Shown: in pieces, positions 26,377-38,460 of the stretch
How positions within the stretch are numbered: position 1 is the first letter of the stretch
How the letters are laid out: every line of letters starts with the position of its first letter
NCBI RefSeq assembly: GCF_964213995.1
Contig: NC_135804.1
Span: forward strand, 44,206,001 to 44,270,000
Direction of reading: 5' to 3'
DNA from: Mustelus asterias
Taxonomy: Eukaryota
Length of the DNA stretch: 64,000 nucleotides
The notes under the pieces: generated by a model
What the model was told of the DNA's origin: nothing
The model's input: only the letters and a program-made list of their open reading frames with translations
Database searches by the model: none
Made by a program: the position numbers and the translations under genes

Positions 26377-27444
26377 GAGGGTGGTTGTAGAGGGTTGTTT
26401 TTCAAACTGGAAGCCTGTGACCAGTGGTGTGCCTCAGGGATCAGTGCTGGGTCCACTGTTATTTGTCATTTATATTAATGATTTGGATGAGAATATAGGA
26501 GGCATGGTTAGTAAGTTTGCAGATGACACCAAGTTTGGTGGCATAGTGGACAGTGAAGAAAGTTATCTCCAATTGGAACGGGATCTTGATCAATTGGGCC
26601 AGTGGGCTGACGAATGGCAGATGGAGTTTAATTTAGACAAATGCGAGGTGATGCATTTTGGTAGATTGAACCAGGGCAAGACTTTCTCAGTTAATGGTAG
26701 GGCGTTGGGGAGAGTTACAGAACAAAGAGATTGAGGGGTACATGTTCATAGCTCCTTGAAAGTGGAGGCACAGGTGGACAGAGTGGTGAAGAAGGCATTC
26801 GGCATGCTTGATTTCATCGGTCAGAACATTGAATACAGGAGTTGGGACGTCTTGTTGAAGTTGTATAAGACATTGGTAAGGCCACACTTGGAATACTGTG
26901 TGCAATTCTGGTCACCCTACTATAGAAAGGATATTATTAAACTAGAAAGACTGCAGAAAAGATTTACCAGGATGCTACCGGGACTTGATACGATAAGGAG
27001 TTAAAAGGAGAGGCTGAATAGACTGGGACTTTTTTTTCTGAAGCGTAGGAGACTGAGGGGCGATCTTATAGAGGTCTATAAAATAATGAGGGGCAGAGAC
27101 AAAGTAGATAGTCAATATCTTTTCCCAAAGGTAGGGGAGTCTAAAACTAGAGGGCATAGGTTTAAGGTGAGAGGGGAGAGATACAAAAGTGTCCTGAGGG
27201 GCAATTGTTTCACACAGAGGGTGGTGAGTGTCTGGAACAAGCTGCCAGAGGTAGTAGTAGAGGCGGGTACAATTTTATCTTTTAAAAAGCATTTAGATAG
27301 TTACATGGGTACAATGGGTATCGAGGGATATGGACCAAATGCGGGCATTTGGGATTAGCTGAGGTGTTTTTTAAAAAAAATCAGGGCGGCATGGACAAGT
27401 TGGGCTGAAGGGCCTGTTTCCATGCTGTAAACCTCTATGACTCT
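26377..27444 (+). mobile_element. Young 5'-truncated HER1/CR1 LINE (RT C-terminal half, pseudogenised)
   Basis: SGVPQGSVLGPLLF and KFADDTK motifs, one in-frame stop (26732-26734), a frameshift near 26995, 3' UTR and ctatgact tail. Inserted in an older CR1 fragment with TSD tataaca (26370-26376 / 28005-28011). Confidence 0.92.
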
Positions 27445-27996
27445 CATCCTCTGGTCAGGGGGATTGCGCTGCGTGTAAGCGGCCGATCCCTCCTGGCACC
27501 ATCACTGGTTCACTACCAGCCACAGCCATCTCTCCCACTCCCTCACACCTGCAGGGAAGAGTAATCTGTGGCTGGTAGTGTACCAGTGATGGTGCCAGGA
27601 GGGATCGGCCGCATACACGCAGCGGAACCCCCCCCCCCCCCCCCCCCAGGGAATGAGACGTCACACCCCCTCCCCTCCCACCCCCCCAGGGGATGATAAG
27701 TCACACCCCCTTCCCTCCTCCCACCCTACCCTCCTCCCCCCCGACCAGAGGATGAATGGCAGAGAGGCTCTCTCCGCTCTCTGCTTTTTTTTTCACGCCC
27801 GGGCACGTTCTGTCAGATTTTTTTCCGAACTGCGCATGCGCAGTTCGGAGCTCCTACCGTTCCAGCGGTGCTAAGCCCCGCCCACTGGACCGGCGCCGGA
27901 AAAAAGCATATGGGCGCTCTGGAGTGCGACCTCCGGGCTCAGATCTATTTGACGCCCGCACCCGGCACTTAGTCTCTAAATGGTAAAATCGGGCCC
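27445..27996. mobile_element. One-ended Harbinger-like MITE fragment with an internal 59-bp inverted repeat
   Basis: Right end aaatggtaaaatcgggccc is the reverse complement of the terminus at 57604. Arms 27467-27525 / 27566-27624. Confidence 0.7.
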
Positions 27997-29237
27997 TATG
28001 ACTCTATAACATGACATTTAGATAAAGTCAATGCAATCAGGCAGAGTCAACATGGTTTTATGAAAGAGAAATCAGGGGCAGCGGGCCAGGAGACATCAGC
28101 AGAGGCCATTTAGTGGGCTCCCTGCTGGCGCCATGGCCTCTGCGCATCTCTGGGGCCCAGATTTTCAGTGACGTCAGTTCTGCGTCGATTTCTGGGGTAC
28201 CTGACTGACCTCAAAGGTGTTGTGGGATAATATTTAAAGGGATACCTTACCTCTCCAAAAGAGTATCCAGGCTATCCAAAAGAATCCATTCAAGTTCAGA
28301 CCTGCTCCTAGCAGGTCTAATTTGCACACATTAAGTTTCAGAAACCTTACCTACCAAAGTGGCACATGAATGGAGGAAGCTGCTAATTTCTACGAACCGC
28401 TGCATCTGCAAAATAAGTAAGCATGAATCCCGACCAGTCCCCTCGAAATGTTAGGTGCTGTGTTCAGGGCACGTCTTCTCAATTCATGTCCCTTCTGCAG
28501 TTTTCACAATGATAAAGAGGCTCTCTGTCATTGCAAAATTCAGGCCTTAAACTTTATTCTAATTTTAAGAAAATCGAAGACCATCAGAACAATATTTTTC
28601 ATCACTGTCACTGTCTTTTCTAAAAAAAACTCTACAAGCAAAACTAGAATTAGTATAGAGATTTGCTGATCTTGGTCATGACTGAGGACTTCCAGTTCTT
28701 ACTAATACATCTGCTAAGGCTACTTTAACTGATAACAAATGTCATTCTAAATGCATTTAAATATTTGCAGATGTGTTTTTATGCAGCTCATTTAGTCAAT
28801 GCGTAAATAATACTTGGCAGAGAATTAAAAGTAGACACGAACTGGTATATTGCACCTCCCAAATTAACATATGTGTGCACAAATAGAACTAAAGTAGTGC
28901 TATTTCCAGAAAATATATTAAATCTTGTGAGTCCTGGTACACTTGCAGTAACTTACTTCTCCCTGTTCCATATGTTTTTCATTTTAAAAAAATGGATTTG
29001 CTTCAGGATCCCATTGAATCATAAAAATTGAAGAATGTATAGAATGTGTTTTCAGCACAACAGCCTTGTTATTCCATTGGAAAGTTATCAAAGTCCCATC
29101 TATTGCTGCTCTCAGATCTGCTATTCTGAAGCATGGTCTCAGCTTCAGGTTGGTTTACTCTATAGGGGTGTGATAGTCTAATGGTTCTCTTACTAGAATT
29201 ATAATGCATGAATAACCCAGAGAATGTAAATTCAAAT

Positions 29238-29568
29238 CATAGAATCATAGAAACCCTACAGTGCAGAAGGAGGCCATTCGGCCCATCGAGTCTGCACCGA
29301 CCGCAATCCCACCCAGGCCCTACCCCCACATATTTTACCTGCTAATCCCACTAACCTACGCATCTCAGGGACAATTTTTAACCTGGCCAATCAACCTAAC
29401 CCGCACATCTTTGGACTGTGGGAGGAAACCGGAGCACCCGGAGGAAACCCACGCAGACACGAGGAGAATGTGCAAACTCCACACAGACAGTGACCCGAGC
29501 CGGGAATCGAACCCAGGACCCTGGAGCTGTGAAGCAGCAGTGCTAACCACTGTGCTACCGTGCCGCCC
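29238..29568 (-). mobile_element. Young HE1 SINE
   Basis: Intact boxes A/B, CpGs preserved, (ctatgatt)2 tail. Confidence 0.95.
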
Positions 29569-29722
29569 ATGGTAGTTTGAGAACTTGAATTCAGTTTGTT
29601 TATCAAAGAAGCTGAACAAGTAAAAATGACCCCAAAGCCATTGGATTGCCACAAAAACTCAACTCAATAACTAAGAACTTTATGGAAAGAAATCTATTAT
29701 TCTTACCTGGGCTAATCTACAT

Positions 29723-30008
29723 GTAAGAAGTCTCACAACACCAGGTTGAAGTCCAACAAGTTTATTTGGTAGCAAATACCATAAGCTTTCGGAGCTTGCT
29801 GCTCCTTCGTCAGATGGAGTGGTCTCTGTTCTCCAACAGTGCACAGACACAGAAATCAAGTTACAGAATACTAATTAGAATGCAAATCTCTACAGCCAGC
29901 CAGGTCTTAAAAGGTACAGATAATGTGGTTGGAGGGAACATTAAACACAGGTTAAAGAGATGTGTATTGTCTCCAGACAGAACAGCTGGTGAGATTATGC
30001 AAGACCAG
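29723..30008 (-). mobile_element. Penelope-like insertion B (single arm, no tail)
   Basis: Near-identical to 61132-61314. Flanked by gggctaatctacatgtaa (29709-29726) / gggctaatctatatgtaa (30009-30026). Confidence 0.8.
29779..29817 (-). ncRNA. Minimal type-I hammerhead ribozyme, intact core
   Basis: Minus strand CCAT-CTGACGA-a-GGAGC-agcaa-GCTCC-GAAA-gc-TT-ATGG: perfect stem I, perfect stem II, palindromic AAGCTT in place of stem III. Confidence 0.8.
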
Positions 30009-30149
30009 GGGCTAATCTATATGTAACAGTTCCACACTAACTATGGTTGACCCATAGCAGCCCTTGATGCATCCTGCTCAGTGTGATATAGTGAGAGAGG
30101 AATGGCCCTCAACATTGACTTCACAAAGTCTCCTAACTTCAGGCCAAAC

Positions 30150-31085
30150 TTAGGCAAGAAAACGGCTTACCACCAATCTCCTCCTCTCAACTGATGAATC
30201 AGCTGACAAGTCACATTAATCAACACTAGCAGAAAGCATTGAAAGCGGCTGGGACACAGAATATGTTCTGGGTGAGAGACTTAAATGCCATCATCAAGAG
30301 TGGCTTGGTGGTAATGCCATTGACTGAGTTGGCCATTCTGTGCCTGCATGCAGCAAGGCCTGGACAAAATCCAGACAGACTAAGTACCAAGTAACATTTG
30401 CACTATATTAGTGTCTGACAGCAATCATTTACAGTAAGAGAGAAACTAATCGCCTCCCTGTGACAGGCGTTACCAATGGCACGATCCCTATTATGATCTT
30501 ATGGATCACCATTCACCAGAAACTCAACTAGACCAGCCATGTAAATGCCTTGTCCATTTGCACAGGTCTAAGGCTGGATACCCACTCCAAACTACCCTTA
30601 ACCTCTTCACCACCTACAAGGGCACAGGTCTGGAATATGCTAGAATACTTTCCACAAGCTTGGATAGCTACAACTACAACACTGGAAGCTCAGCACCATC
30701 TAGGACAAAGCTGCAAGTTTGCTCGGCACCTCATCCACTAGCCTGAATATCCATTCCCTCTACCATTAATGTACCATGGCTGCAGTGTGTTGGCTGCAGG
30801 GCAGCAATTTCCCAATGATTCTTTAACAGACCTCTTAGAAAAGCAAGGGCAACAGGTGCATGGGAACACCACCACCTCCAAGTACACCTACAAATCACAC
30901 ACCATTATGATGTGGAGATATATTGCCAATTCTTCCTGGATCAAAATCCTGGAACTCTCCACCTAAAGATATTGCGGTCACAGTGGTTCTAGTAAAAAGA
31001 CCAGCACTACTTTGTCAGGCCAACTGGGATGGACAATAAATGCCTGACTTACCAATGACACCCACATCCTCAAAATTAATTAAGC
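30150..31085 (+). mobile_element. Decayed LINE of a second CR1-group family (clade unresolved)
   Basis: Remnants such as TTYKGTGLEY. The 3' end (gggatggacaataaatgc...acccacatcc) is shared with 41670, 44665, 55040 and the 33945 SINE. Confidence 0.6.
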
Positions 31086-32226
31086 ACAAAAAGTCTTTTA
31101 TCTGTGCTGTGAGCAGGGAACCAAACTCAAGCAGACCATGGGATTTGTGACAGGGCTGCGACATTCTAGTGCCAATCCTCCAATTCACTACCCCTTTGAG
31201 TGCTGATTCCTGCTTGGAATACAGGATGGGTAAATTTACATTTATATGAATGCATTGAGCAGACTGAGACTCAGTCTGCTTTTACCAGCAGCACTCTATA
31301 GTGTAAACAATTCTGATTTCTTTATCCTGATGACACTGTGAACCCAGGAAGATGTGGGTCTGTAATTCTGTCATTAGGCTAAGGGTGGGGTGGGGCTGGG
31401 GGTTGCGAGGGAAGGAAATGTAAACATACCTAATGCTTTCTGAATCCAGAGCCGAGCTAATGAAAGTTGGCTCCACTCTAAAACTTGAAGAGCGCAGCAC
31501 AGACCTGCTCGCCTGAAACTGGATCCCAGTTTAAAATTCCCTTTAGATTTCAATTTCTTGCTTTCTTGGCTCTTTTGCAAAGTAAATTAGCCAGATTCCC
31601 TTTAGAAAGAATTCGTAGTTACTATTTAAAGTGAACAATCATCTTTGTAACTCACCTTTCCTTCATTTTATATTCATTAATGCCCATGTGCAGCTGAAAC
31701 TGAGTGTGATATTCAAACTCAATTTAATTACAGTTTTAATTACAATTAAAAGATAGATTATTCCACTCTTGTGGGTTTTAGGTTCCACTTTACTCGACGT
31801 GTCCCAATATTTGTGTGGCAGGTTTGTCAACACTCTCCACTATGTTGTCACTTTCAAACAGTTATCCATATTATTCCCAAATCCCTTTCTATCTTCATCT
31901 TGCAATTTAAAAGAAATATTTTCTCATCTAAATGTATCACTTTACATTTATTTAGATTTAAAATAATTGTCTATTACCCGCTCAGTTTTGCACCCCATTT
32001 GAACGCTGGCACACTTTTGTTATCCCACACAAATCATAAAACAATTATCCATTTTGCTTTTGATGCTCTCCCCTGGATTGTAGATTATGAAAAATATTGT
32101 TCCCTGACTGATCTTTAGAGAGCTGCACCATTCATTTTTGTCAAGACTCAAATGATGCTCTTTCAAAATTGCCTTGGGTTTTCTGTTGATAAGTACCTTT
32201 TTGATCCACTTCACATCTTTCCTCTT

Positions 32227-32557
32227 CATAGAATCATAGAATCCTACAGTGCAGAAGGAGGCCATTCAGCCCATCAAGTCTACACTGACCACAACCCCAC
32301 CCAGGCCCTATCCCCGTCATCCCATATATTTACCCTAGCTGGTCCCCCTGACACTAAGGGGTAATTTAGCATGGCCAATCCACCTAACCTGCACATCTTT
32401 GGACTGTGGGAGGAAACCGGAGCACCCGAAGGAAACCCACGCAGACACAGGTAGAATGTGCAAACTCCACACAGACAGTGACCCAAGCCAGGCATCGAAC
32501 CCAGGTCCCTGGTGCTGTGAGGCAGCAGTGCTAACCACTGTGCCACCGTGCTGTCCC
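32227..32557 (-). mobile_element. HE1 SINE
   Basis: Full-length, boxes A/B, tail. Confidence 0.95.
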
Positions 32558-33014
32558 GTGAACCATCCACGAACCCACAAACTCTTACATATGCTTCAAA
32601 TTTCCTATTAAAATTTTAGATATATAATAATATTTACTCAGGTATCGTCAGTTCTAGGCACAAAGTAAAACAATGACAAAAGTTAAAGGTATATTAAGTT
32701 AAAAAATATAAGTGCAATATTTCTGAACAAGATAACCTCGTGGGATATTTTTCAATTCTGATTTATAATGCAATGTTTTGAGTTATTATTGTAAAACAAT
32801 ATGATGATTAATAGTGGAACACACTGATCTTCTGCTGCTGAAAACCGCATTCACTTCCCACCAGCAAATGGCAATTGAAAATTAAAATTGGGCATACAAT
32901 TTATTATTTTTGTTGGAAAGCAGAAAAACTAAGTGCCTAGTTCTCTGTTAAAACATGACAACATTCTATGATGATTCATTATTTTCTGCTATTATCTCAG
33001 AGATATTGAACCAT

Positions 33015-33270
33015 TAGACCATTGGCCTGAAACATTGGCCGGGATTTTCTGGTCCCACCAGAAATTCCTGCCCAAAATTAATGGACATATGGCTGGCCCG
33101 TGAAATGTTCTGTCTCCACCTGTGATGATTCCTGTCTGGGGTGGGACAAGAAAACCCTAGCCACCAACTTTGTTCCTCTCTCCACAGATGCTGCCTGACC
33201 CGCTGAACATTTCCACATTTTTGTTTTTTATTTATCTCAGATTTCCAGCAGCTGTATTATTTTGATTTTG
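33015..33270 (+). mobile_element. Old Penelope-like relic interrupted by MITE M2 (33037-33162)
   Basis: ggcctGAAAC...aactttgttcctctctccacagatgctgcctgac...agatttccagca. MITE TIRs ggccgggattttc / gaaaaccctagcc. Confidence 0.5.
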
Positions 33271-33384
33271 TACTGAATAATGATGCTATGTTAGTCATCT
33301 GACCACTCATTTGCATCACCTAACCAAAAGTAATGACGCCATGGCGAGTTCTAGGAAAGTATGGCAGTTTGCAAATTGTGTCAC

Positions 33385-33525
33385 TGAAAATAGATGATCT
33401 GGTCACTGTTTGTGGGGAACTGCATTTCTCTGCATTCCGACAGTGACTTCAATTCACAGAAAAGACATGGCTATGAAGTACCTTAGGATGTCTTGACGTT
33501 GTGAACGGCTCCATATGAATGTGGA
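33385..33525 (+). mobile_element. DeuSINE (SacSINE1-like) 3' fragment
   Basis: agatgatctggtcactgtttgtgggga...gtaccttaggatgtcttga, homologous to 42365-42510. Confidence 0.5.
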
Positions 33526-33944
33526 TTCTTGTGTTCTACCCCAGTCTCTGTTTTTCTCCCTTTTTGTCTGTGCTTTTTTGCTTTTTCCTCTCCTTCCCTT
33601 TAATTGGCAATGTTATGTATGTGGTCTGATATTGAGACTAATAATAAACCATGAGGTCAGTGGTAGTAAACTAACTGGAACAGTTTATTAACACATCTTA
33701 ATCTCAGCGCAGTCAGTACAAGACTGCCTAAGTAAACTACACCAAGGGTGGAGCTTGGGTCCTGAATCATCTGACCCCTTCTCTTAAAGGGGCATGCCCC
33801 AACATACATAACAAGGAAGGCATTGCAAGGTATGGAGCCATCAATGACTGCAAGCTGCATTTTGGGAGGAGTTGCAGGGGAAAGTTATCTTTCTTCCACC
33901 ATCTTCCCATCCCTGATCACCCATGCTGCCCCATATTGCCTACC

Positions 33945-34325
33945 TTTTATTATTCATTCATGGGATGTGGGTGTTGCTGACTGGGCCAGCATTTGTTGCC
34001 CATCCCAAGTTGCCCTTGAACTTTGTGGTTTGCTCAGCCATTTCAGAGAACATTGTTTTTTAACGAGTCAATTACGTTGCTGTGGATCTGGAGTCACACA
34101 TAGGCCAGACCAAGTAAAGTGAGCAGATTTCCTTCCCTCAAGGACATTAGTGAACCAGATGGGTTTTTACATCAATTGACAATGGTTTCATGGTCATCAT
34201 TAGACTTTTAATTTCAAATTTTATTTGGATTCAAATTTCACCATCTGCCATGATGGGACTTGAACCTGGGTCCCCAGAGCGTTACCCTGGGTCTCTGGAT
34301 TACTAGTCCATTATGCCACTGCCTC
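33945..34325 (-). mobile_element. tRNA-derived SINE sharing its tail with the second CR1-group LINE
   Basis: Minus-strand box B GGTTCAAGTCC and tail gggatgggcaacaaatgctggcccag...cccacatcccatgaatgaataa. Confidence 0.75.
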
Positions 34326-35269
34326 CCTCTGACTTTCTATTTGTGTCTGCCTCTCTTTCTTACTCTCTTCCCCTCTCCATCTTTGTCTCTTTCTATCTCT
34401 CTATATATAGCCCTCGCTATCTCTCCTCTCCCCTCAGTGTCATATCTGTGTGAAAATAGAATTTCTGTCTCACACGTGTATGCCATCAACACTGACATTT
34501 TGTAACTGTCAGCAAAACACAGATGAGACATTTAGCTGGCCCCTCACTTCATCAGCTGATTTTTTTTTTGAAAACTGAAGCAACATTACACAAAGAGAGT
34601 TGTGCTGGGCTGGAATTATAGTTTGCTGCCCAGGACAAAAACTGGTGCAAATCAACTGAATGGAAAAGAAACTGCTTGATTTTCATTTCTGCAGACTAAT
34701 GTTATCAGTGAAGTTGACACAGATGTAGAGCGGCCCTTGGCTATGTGGCTTATGCTTTTGCCCAATTTCTATAGAAAAATATGTAATGTTGAAAAAAATG
34801 AATTCTAAAGAAAAATGAATGCATTTTCCAAGATTAACATGTTGAACCAGACTCTAGTGGATAATCTTATTTTATGAAAGAGCCTTTGGAGCCCAAATGA
34901 GAATGATGCAGCCTGGTATAAAACATTAATTGAGTTTAAGTTATGGTAGTAGGGGTGTCTAATGTAGTTGATTAAGCCATGAGTGGATAAGCAATACTAC
35001 AAGCATTTCAAATGAGTGTGCTTTTATTGCAAAGAATGTGAAAAGTGTAACATTTGCATATGAATGAATGAATGCAATATTGCCTTCAGCAGCATATCTG
35101 TGATACTCAGTTTATTCAGAGCTCTATTAATAAAGATATGCCTACCCCCTTATTCCTCTTCATAACTGCACCAAGATGATAAATGCCACACTCTTGCAAT
35201 GGAGAACTTCAACAATAAAAGGAATTAAAACTGACAAACCATTTAAACTATTCCCGTTACTGAAAGATA

Positions 35270-36032
35270 GGGTTGGATTTTTCAGGTCCTTTGGAGGAAG
35301 GCTGGGATGGCTGGTATAAATGAGGGGTGAGGAAGCCCAAACCTTTTCTACTACCACTGGATGTTACTAGTGATGGGAGCCACAGCATCGCTGGGTGGCG
35401 AAGGACCACCTCCTGCTCCTCCCGTCATTTAACCAGCATTGGGATCACTGCTAGTATGAGGGGCAACTGCCAGTCTCCCAGAGGAGACCCTCCTTTATAT
35501 TCAGAGGGCCAGAGCAACCATTGGAATGTGGGACCCTGGAATGATCAGCAAAAAAACTTATCTTGTCTTCATGGTGCTCTCTTCTTCTTATTGGAGCTTC
35601 AGCTGTGGCCATCTCGAATGGTGGTGCTGCCAAGGCTGCGTGCGGCTCCTGGGATGACCTAACAGCTCAAGGGAGGGGCTGCCATCCTCAATTGAGGAGA
35701 ACCTCACAATTGCCTGCTGCTAGTATAATGTTGTGATGTGGAGATGCCGGCGTTGGACTGGGGTAAACACAGTAAGAGTTTTAACAACACCAGGTTAAAG
35801 TCCAACAGGTTTATTTGGTAGCAAATGCCATTAGCTTTCGGAGTGCTGCTCCTTCGAGGAGCAGCACTCTGAAAGCTAATGGCATTTGCTACCAAATAAA
35901 CCTGTTGGACTTTAACCTGGTGTTGTTGAAACTCTTACTGAGTAAAATGTTGCCCAGGGTCCCACCATACAGAGTAAGGACCCGCTTTCAGTCACGGCTA
36001 CAGGACCACTTACCTTTTTGGAAAATTCAGCC
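35270..36032. mobile_element. Harbinger-like non-autonomous element hosting Penelope-like insertion C
   Basis: Degenerate TIRs gggttggattttt / gaaaattcagcc. Confidence 0.45.
35734..35940. mobile_element. Penelope-like insertion C: near-perfect 171-bp palindrome plus 36-nt tail
   Basis: Arms 35770-35853 / 35857-35940 with loop tcg. Tail 35734-35769. TSD agtataatgttg (35722-35733) / agtaaaatgttg (35941-35952). Confidence 0.85.
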
Positions 36033-36861
36033 GAAAGAATTTATTTTAGTCTCATTTGGTTTTTGCTCCCAAGGGCCACCATTTTGCAGCTGTGCAGAAT
36101 AGATGCTAACTATGAAATTGGAGGATAGGTTATAACACATGGTTCCAACTAAGTACAGTAAACTTCACTTCAGAACAAACACTGTGATTCTGTTGAAATT
36201 CCGCAAAAGCATTCATGCTGGCATTTCCCTATTCTCCTCCACTTCCTAGTTGTCCATTCATGCCCAAAGTGAAGCATTTTAAACATAAACAGAAATTCCT
36301 GGAAACACTCAGCAAGTCAGGCAGTATCTGTGTTCATCTCCCAGTTTGTGGTTTGTCCTTCCCCCTTCATCTGCTTCAGGCTTATTGCTCTGCATAGTTG
36401 CACAGCATGTGACAGACCAATGATGACCAAAGTATGTTTTGTTGGAGTGTATTGGAACACACCATTGACTCATCAAAGCATCTGGATTGCTCAAGGATAT
36501 CAATGTTGTACGTTCATTGATGGAACTGGAGGGATGTGAGATGTTTGAATGATTAGTGGTGGGAGGAAAACAGTTTTATGAGCTTGAATTTTAATGTTCT
36601 GTGGAAAAGTTTGGTTCAATCGGGTAGGGAAGATTTCCCAACCCAAGTATTGAGGGGGCAATCGAATAGGACAGGTTTAATTCTTCCCACTTTGTTTACT
36701 TGCTATTATTAACATGGTCACTGGTAAACACAAACCTAGGCTGCTCCTCTTGCTGTCCAGAGCCTGTAATGACATGCCCACTTCAACAGTTGCTTTAATA
36801 TTAACTCTTAGTTCTGATGTTTAGCAGCTAACATCATGTGACATATAATATTAAAAACCCA

Positions 36862-38030
36862 GGGGGCGATTCACCGGGGCTGCCAGTCTCAGTCGGGATT
36901 CCTGATGGCCCATTGAATCGGGCATGAGGCTCAAATCAGGATTCTCACTGGGCGTGCCAAACCCTTTGTGAGTCTCCCAGGCCTCTGCATCTGGCATCTC
37001 GTCCAGAGTGGGCAAGAACCTGATTACAACTGATTTAAGTACATTTCAATACAATTAGTGGGCTGCAAGCCTGATTCAATGTCCTCCTGGAATGCTCCCA
37101 ACCCCTCCAATGGGAAGTCACATGGATGCCAATTAGTTCTGGTCCTGATATTTGGGGACCAGGTGCTGTGGACTGCGAGGTGGGGGGGCGGGGGGGGTTG
37201 CAGGAGGTAGGTACTGCCTCCGACTGTGCCCATTGGCTTCTCTGCTACTGCCAGGCTTCAAGGGAACTGGAAGTTGGTGGGGGAGGGGGGCTGAGGTAGG
37301 GATGAAGGGGTTGACCTTGGAGCTCTCCCTTGGGATAGGGCTCTCATGGATGGACTTCTTCCCATTTCCCTGGAAATCGTGGTGATCACTTTTAGAATGG
37401 TGATTTCAGGCATTCTTCAGGTAAAAATCTTTATTATTGTCTGTGTTCTGCAAAACCCTTGAAATGGCCTGATCTCGTTAGAACATCTGAAAGCCTTCAA
37501 AAAGTGCAGCAGCACTCCATTCTACAGTAGGGATCATCCTCAGTTGTTTTCAGAAGCCCCAGATTTTACCAGACTTCTTTGAAGTGCTTTGAGTGACAGG
37601 AGCTATCAGTTTCACTGGGGAGATCCTCTTACTTGCTCTCATCAGCACCTGCTGCTCTGAACTCTCTTAAAACTGCTTTGATTGACAGCTCCAGAGCAGA
37701 TCAAAGAGGGGAATAGCTGAGGTTTGTTTATACAGGGAACTGATGATCCATTAGCTGCTGTAAGCTTTTTGACTGACAGTTCGAGGGCAGATCAAAGAGT
37801 TAACTGTTGATGCAATCAGTTCACTCCCCATTAAGCCTGAAGTGCTTCCTCTTTCACCACACCTGTTCTGTCTAGCCCCATTTTTAAACACTGCAGTTTT
37901 TTTTCCAAGTTTCTGATCCTTCCTAGAAAGCAGTTATGCTTTCAATACCATTCCACCCGCCACCCCCCCCCCGCCCCCCACCCCATTGGACTTTTGTTCC
38001 AGCCTGTTAAAGTGTCTCACTGAGCCCATA
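36862..38030. mobile_element. Harbinger-like non-autonomous element (60706 family), right end lost
   Basis: Starts gggggcgattcacc. Shares aatacaattagtgggctg and cagcagcactccattct...gggatc with 60706-62641. Confidence 0.55.
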
Positions 38031-38084
38031 AATTTCATATTACCACTTTTTTCATATTACTGTTTTTTTTTTAACTCTGTCAAG

Positions 38085-38460
38085 CTTCAAGGTTGAATAG
38101 GCTGGGGTTCCCAGTTCCAGAGGAGGCTGAGGGAAGATTTAATTGAATATATAAAATAATGAAGGGGCCTTGACATAGTGGATATGGAAGGATCTATTGC
38201 TAAAAGCACATGAGTCACTGGGGGCATAGATTAACTGTGACAGGTTGAAGGATTAAAGAAGAGTTGAGGAGAAATTATTTTAACCAGAGAGTGGGGGTGG
38301 TGGAGGTGGAGGGAGAATGCTTCTAAAACATGCAGTGCATCATTATCCATTGGAAGTACCATGGCCTACAGGGCTACTGTCAAGGGCTGAAAAATTAATC
38401 TCTTTCAGCCAGCAGACATCTGATGGGCTGAATGACTGCCTCCTCTACTATTATTTTCTA
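38085..38460 (+). mobile_element. Decayed CR1 3' fragment
   Basis: ggaggctgagggaagatttaattgaa (RRLRGDLIE-like) and a 3' UTR remnant. Confidence 0.6.

Larger units (their letters stand above)
25630..28546. mobile_element. Harbinger-like element of the 17640 family, split by nested LINEs
   Basis: 25630-26290 is similar to 17940-18550 and 28200-28300 to ~18700-18760. Right terminus aaaattcaggcc|tta. Confidence 0.5.
29165..30090 (+). mobile_element. Old tRNA-derived SINE (33945 family) split by an HE1 and Penelope-like insertion B
   Basis: ttcaaatc|...|ccatggtagtttgagaacttgaattc continues across the HE1 and is homologous to the 33945-34325 element. Confidence 0.5.

Noticed and set aside
24078-28549. 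One 4.5-kb Harbinger element with a tta/tta TSD
   Set aside because: Segment 24301-24360 recurs at 25650-25710, implying two separate copies, so the tta match may be chance
29480-29568. tRNA gene (box A/B)
   Set aside because: It is the tRNA-derived head of HE1, with no cloverleaf or anticodon arm, and it runs into the V-domain
35704-36102. Mirror-image ORFs MVANAISF... on both strands (also MVANTISF at 29766)
   Set aside because: Artefact of the palindromic Penelope-like insertion, with non-ATG starts and no protein motif
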